Below are positions 59,969-64,000 of a stretch of DNA of 64,000 bases, piece after piece (the first letter of the stretch is position 1; each line of letters begins with the position of its first letter). The notes beneath the pieces are model-generated. The model made no database searches and had not been told where the DNA came from. It saw only the letters and a program-made list of their open reading frames with translations. The stretch comes from Armatimonadota bacterium (GTDB lineage: Bacteria; Armatimonadota; UBA10988), in NCBI GenBank assembly GCA_016235455.1, contig JACRKZ010000067.1:111732-175731 (forward strand), read 5' to 3'. The translations under genes and the position numbers were made by a program.

Positions 59969-61375
59969 TTACGGCTTGACCAGCACCGGCGCCGCCTCGT
60001 CGCCGGCCATGTCGTAGGGCAACTGCCAGACCTTGTCGCCCGCCTTGTTGGTGAAGTACAGATGCGACGGCGAGAGCTTGTCGGGATCGCCGTCGGCCCA
60101 GTAGCCATAGAAGTCCGGGTGCGCGTTGACCGGATGCCGGATGTAGTTGTGATTGCAGGCGCTGCCGCGTGTGATGTCGCGCTGCCGGCTCCAGGTTCGC
60201 CCGCTGTCGCGGCTCGACCAGATCGCCAACTCGCCGCCGGACCCCACTGGCTGCGGGCCCTTCTCGGATGGACCGAAGACGCGCCACTCGTCCTGCTCGA
60301 TGCACAACATGCCCGTGCTGTAGTTGTGGTTGGCGCGTGTCAGCTCCGTATAGTCCCAGGCCGTGCCGTTCCAGTGCGCCACGGTCCACCAGCGCGGGTC
60401 GCCGCCGGGGCCTGGGGCATACCCAGCGCTGGTGGTGTAGAGAATCACCGGCCGGCCCGCGGCGTCCAGGCCCAGGTCGTGGATGTAGACCAGCCGCCCG
60501 TCGGCTGCGTAGTCATGCACCAGCGCTGGGTTGGCCGGCTCGCTCAGCGGCAGCGTCACGGCCTCGCCGCCCACATTGCGCCAGGTGCGGCCGAAGTCGT
60601 CCGAGGACAGGTAGTAGAGGTTCGTCCGCTTGTCCACGTTGCCACCAGGATGGTAGTTGAAGGCGGTGATGACCTTGCGGCCGATCTGCTGGCTGGTCTG
60701 GTAGTGGCCGCCCATGCCGGCGAACTTCGTGTCGGGTGACCAGACCCGACCGTCGGCGCTGGTGGCGTAGTACAGCTCGCGGCCCTTGGTGTACTTGGTG
60801 AACAGGAACAGGAAGCCCTGGCCCTCGATCCAGCGCGGCTGGGGATAGGTGAACTCGCCCTCGCGCACCAACTCGAAGTCATCGATGCTGTAGGGCTCGC
60901 GGCTGCGGTAGATGAAGCCCGGCCGCGCCTTGGCGCGGCCGCTGACAAAGACCCACAGGTGGCCCAGCGGATCGATACTCAGGCTGGGGTTGTCGTGCGG
61001 GTCGTCCACGCCCTTCTTGTCATGGACGATGACTGGACGTGGCACGACTCCCTTGCGGTGGTCGTAGTAGCTGATCATATCGAGCAGGTAGCGCTGTCCA
61101 CCCCGTGAGCCGCCGTAGACGAAGAACGTCTTGTCGGCCTCCTTGGCATAGATGGCCATGGGCACGTGGTTGGCCGTGTAGGTGCCCAGGCCACCCGAGT
61201 ACTTGTCGCCGTAGGTCGACTTCTGACCAAGCGTGAACCAGATGCCGCGGTAGCCGCTGTCGCGCAGGTTGGCTGCGCGGGCCGGGCCACCCAGCCAGGG
61301 CGCGGCCGATACCGCCGCGGCTGCGCCCAGACCCCGCCGCAGGAACGAACGTCGCGATGCCATGCCCATCTCCAC
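59969..61375 (-). CDS. Tat-exported BNR-4 repeat protein
   Basis: SRRSFL Tat motif; DDPHDNPSL; Asp-boxes SADGRVW, SDDFGRTW, SRDSGRTW. Confidence 0.82.
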   Translation of the reverse strand: MEMGMASRRSFLRRGLGAAAAVSAAPWLGGPARAANLRDSGYRGIWFTLGQKSTYGDKYSGGLGTYTANHVPMAIYAKEADKTFFVYGGSRGGQRYLLDMISYYDHRKGVVPRPVIVHDKKGVDDPHDNPSLSIDPLGHLWVFVSGRAKARPGFIYRSREPYSIDDFELVREGEFTYPQPRWIEGQGFLFLFTKYTKGRELYYATSADGRVWSPDTKFAGMGGHYQTSQQIGRKVITAFNYHPGGNVDKRTNLYYLSSDDFGRTWRNVGGEAVTLPLSEPANPALVHDYAADGRLVYIHDLGLDAAGRPVILYTTSAGYAPGPGGDPRWWTVAHWNGTAWDYTELTRANHNYSTGMLCIEQDEWRVFGPSEKGPQPVGSGGELAIWSSRDSGRTWSRQRDITRGSACNHNYIRHPVNAHPDFYGYWADGDPDKLSPSHLYFTNKAGDKVWQLPYDMAGDEAAPVLVKP

Positions 61376-61411
61376 TGGCGTTCTTCGCCTCGGTGCCGCT
61401 GATTCCTGCGC

Positions 61412-64000
61412 TTACGTTGCGGGACGGACCTCCACGGCAGCCGCGGTAGGCAGTTTGATCCGCAGGCTGCCCCCAGCCGCGAGCCGCGTGTCGGTCGCCG
61501 CACCGACGGTCACGCGATAGGCCGCGCCCGTGCGCAGGCCGCCGATGGTCAACTCGCCGGGGGCACTCGCCGTAAGCGCCACGCGCGAGGACGACCATGC
61601 CTCCACCGTCACGTCCATCGGCCCGGGCGCGGTGATGTCCAGCGGCACCTGTCGCACGCTCGGCCCATCGCCCTCGAAGGCCAGGACCAGCGCGCCCGGC
61701 CGCCAGTGGTTGACCCCTGGGCCGAACGGGGCCGGCGCCTTGAGCTGCCAGCGGCCCGGCTGCGCGGCGATCAGTTCCAGCCGGCCATTGCGGTCGCGGG
61801 CCTGGGCGATGTCGCCGGTGCAGGTCGCGCGGGTCACCAGGTAGTCGGCCGTCTGGCCGTCGCGGTGCGGCGCGACGAACGTGGCACGGTAGCCGCCTTG
61901 GCCATCGGGTTGCACCTGGTAGCCGTCGCCGCCGTGGACCTGATGGTCCTGCCAGACGCCGTTGGTCCAGAGCAGCGGCAGCTTCCACCCACTCAGCCCG
62001 TCGACGATCAGCGGCAGGTCGCCGTGCCCGCCTTCAAGCCGGAACGCCGCCACATCGTCAGCGGCGCGCACCTGCGGCGGATAGTCGGCGACCTTGGCGC
62101 CGGCGCGCACGGTCAGCCGCACCGGCTTGAGCCCGAACCGCCCGCGCTCGCGTTCGGCCTTGAAGCCCGGCGGGCTGGCCTCGCCGTGGGGCATCAGCAT
62201 GACGTCCGCCTCGAGCCAGTCGCCGGCCTCGATGCGCAGCGTCTCGGCCGGCACGGTCAGCCAAGTGCTGGCGTCCTTGGCGTCGAATGCCGCCGACAGC
62301 GCCGGCCGGTCGTAGGTCTTGCCGCCGAGCCGGGCCGAGAAGCGCTGCACGAGCGTCAGCACACCGTACTTGCTGTCGGGCCCTTCGCTGCTCATGAACG
62401 GCGCCGCGGCGGCCATCAGCTGGCCGAGGAGGACCATGTCGTCCTTGGCCGGCACGTCGCGGCGTTGGGTCGTGCCGTCGGGTCCGGTCCACAGCAACTG
62501 CGCGTTGCGCCCGCGGAAGTGGCTCATGTTCAGCCAGCGGAAGTTCCGCCGCGCGTCGCCCTCGATGACGCACGGCGCCACCCAGTCGTAGCGCAGCCGC
62601 ACCATGGTGCGCATCTCGTCGCGCTGCGGCACCTCGTAGGCGGTCACCTTGGCCCGGGCCGTGTTGTCGCTGGTGTGGAAGTCCATGGTGAAGCGCGCCA
62701 GGCTTGGGGCGATGCTGTCGAACGTGGTGCGCTCGTAGACCAGCTTGCCCCGGGTGGCGTTGTATTGCAGCCAGCCGGGCCAGTGCTGGCAGTCGTGCTG
62801 CGGCTGGCCGGCCCAGAACGGACCCGACATGGGCCGGAAGTCGGGGATCTCGAACACGGCGCCCTTGGTGTCCATGGTGTCCATGGACCAGCAGGTGGTC
62901 TCCGACGGGCCGGTGGAGCAGTGCCAGTAGATCAGGAAGAAACGGATCGACGACACCTGCTTGAGCGGCCAGATGCCCCAGTTGGCGGTCAGCGGCTGCA
63001 CGCGGCAGCTCTTGGCCTCGCCGGCGGCCAGCGTCACGGGGAAGTACACATCACCGAAAGCCGAGTCGTCCGGTTCCTCGCGCTCACCCGCGAAGTTCTT
63101 GGCCACGAACGGCGAGGTGGGCAGGATGAAGCCGTGGGCATCGGTCAGCGCGGCGGCCTCGAGATTGCCACTGCCCGTTTGCAGCTTGACCACCATGGTG
63201 CGCGGCTGGGCATCGTTGCGCAGGCTCAGGCCGGCGTTCATGCGCCGCGTGGGGTTGTGGAAGGCGGGGTCGAAGCCGAACGCGCCGCCGTTGCGGTCCA
63301 CCTCGGCGCGGTACAGGCCGGCGATGGGATCGTAGCCGAGCCAGTGACCATCGGTGACCTCAACCGCCTGGTCGGCCAGAGGGTGCAGATCGTCGGCCAT
63401 GACGGAGGCCGCCGGCTTGCCGCCGGTCGGCCGCAGCACCACGAACGCACCGGGCCGCGCGCCGCTCAGCGGCGCCTCGATGCGCCGACCCAGGGTGGTG
63501 CCCGCGGGCGCGGTCAGCGCCATGTCGCCGAGCAGACCCAGTAGCGGCCCAGCCGGCGCCACATCGGCGCCCAGGTCGAGCACAAGCGTCTTGGGCGCGG
63601 GCCGACCTTCGACCGGATCGAGCCGGAACTCAATGGCCAGTCGCTCCGGCTGCGCGTGAAGCACCAGCTCGCCGCGCGCGGGCTTGGGCCGCGTGCCGTC
63701 GGGCGCGCGGCGCAGCAGCACGCTGGCCAGGTCGACCTGGCCGCTCTCGCCCGGCGGGTCGAAGCGCAGCGAGGTGAGGCGCTGGCCCGGCGTGCCGAGG
63801 CGGACCTCCACGTCGTGCCAGGCGCCATCGCCGGCCACGCCGAAGGTGACGACGTTCTTGCCGTCGATGCCCTGGCCGTCAACCCCATAGTAGAGGGCCG
63901 CGCCCCCGCCGGCATCGCTGCGCAGCCGCAGCACCATGACCACCGGGCCCGGCACGTCGCAGGGCGGCAGACCGATGTAGGGGTCCGGGCCGGTGAGCTT
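61412..64000 (-). CDS. large hypothetical protein with carbohydrate-binding-like module (5' end outside window)
   Basis: The frame is open to the window end (KLTGPDPYIG...); DGAWHDVEV..LRFDP beta-sandwich-like motif. Confidence 0.7.
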   Translation of the reverse strand, partial: KLTGPDPYIGLPPCDVPGPVVMVLRLRSDAGGGAALYYGVDGQGIDGKNVVTFGVAGDGAWHDVEVRLGTPGQRLTSLRFDPPGESGQVDLASVLLRRAPDGTRPKPARGELVLHAQPERLAIEFRLDPVEGRPAPKTLVLDLGADVAPAGPLLGLLGDMALTAPAGTTLGRRIEAPLSGARPGAFVVLRPTGGKPAASVMADDLHPLADQAVEVTDGHWLGYDPIAGLYRAEVDRNGGAFGFDPAFHNPTRRMNAGLSLRNDAQPRTMVVKLQTGSGNLEAAALTDAHGFILPTSPFVAKNFAGEREEPDDSAFGDVYFPVTLAAGEAKSCRVQPLTANWGIWPLKQVSSIRFFLIYWHCSTGPSETTCWSMDTMDTKGAVFEIPDFRPMSGPFWAGQPQHDCQHWPGWLQYNATRGKLVYERTTFDSIAPSLARFTMDFHTSDNTARAKVTAYEVPQRDEMRTMVRLRYDWVAPCVIEGDARRNFRWLNMSHFRGRNAQLLWTGPDGTTQRRDVPAKDDMVLLGQLMAAAAPFMSSEGPDSKYGVLTLVQRFSARLGGKTYDRPALSAAFDAKDASTWLTVPAETLRIEAGDWLEADVMLMPHGEASPPGFKAERERGRFGLKPVRLTVRAGAKVADYPPQVRAADDVAAFRLEGGHGDLPLIVDGLSGWKLPLLWTNGVWQDHQVHGGDGYQVQPDGQGGYRATFVAPHRDGQTADYLVTRATCTGDIAQARDRNGRLELIAAQPGRWQLKAPAPFGPGVNHWRPGALVLAFEGDGPSVRQVPLDITAPGPMDVTVEAWSSSRVALTASAPGELTIGGLRTGAAYRVTVGAATDTRLAAGGSLRIKLPTAAAVEVRPAT

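Overview
High-GC bacterial chromosomal window. It is most likely Armatimonadota or a related lineage, inferred from four prepilin-type N-methylation/DUF1559/H-X9-DG genes with the [32 protein letters not shown]-terminus. The core block is thrS-infC-rpmI-rplT-trmH-[Phe T-box]-pheS-pheT-pfkB, plus maf-mreB, hypF-hypC-hypD, icd, pepA, comEC-moxR-DUF58-transglutaminase, htrA, glcD and a Rho_N/DUF4912-GH57 pair. These are interleaved with many secreted carbohydrate-active or uncharacterised proteins. I found no rRNA, tRNA, CRISPR array or transposase. The best candidate for an undescribed system is a TetR-controlled divergon with twin 20-bp palindromic operators, driving a secreted protein with two secretin-N0/STN-like domains but no barrel, translationally coupled to a prepilin/H-X9-DG gene (35087-37260). 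Other notable items: two related heptamer-built palindromes flanking pheT; a leader hairpin that would hide a prepilin SD only in read-through mRNA; a duplicated secreted gene whose first copy has two in-frame stops but stays colinear; archaeal-type ThyA and HypD; an orphan CcrM-like methyltransferase lacking its C-terminal domain; one intact and one decayed toxin-antitoxin module; and several apparently leaderless genes. All family assignments come from motif recognition by eye, not from database searches.
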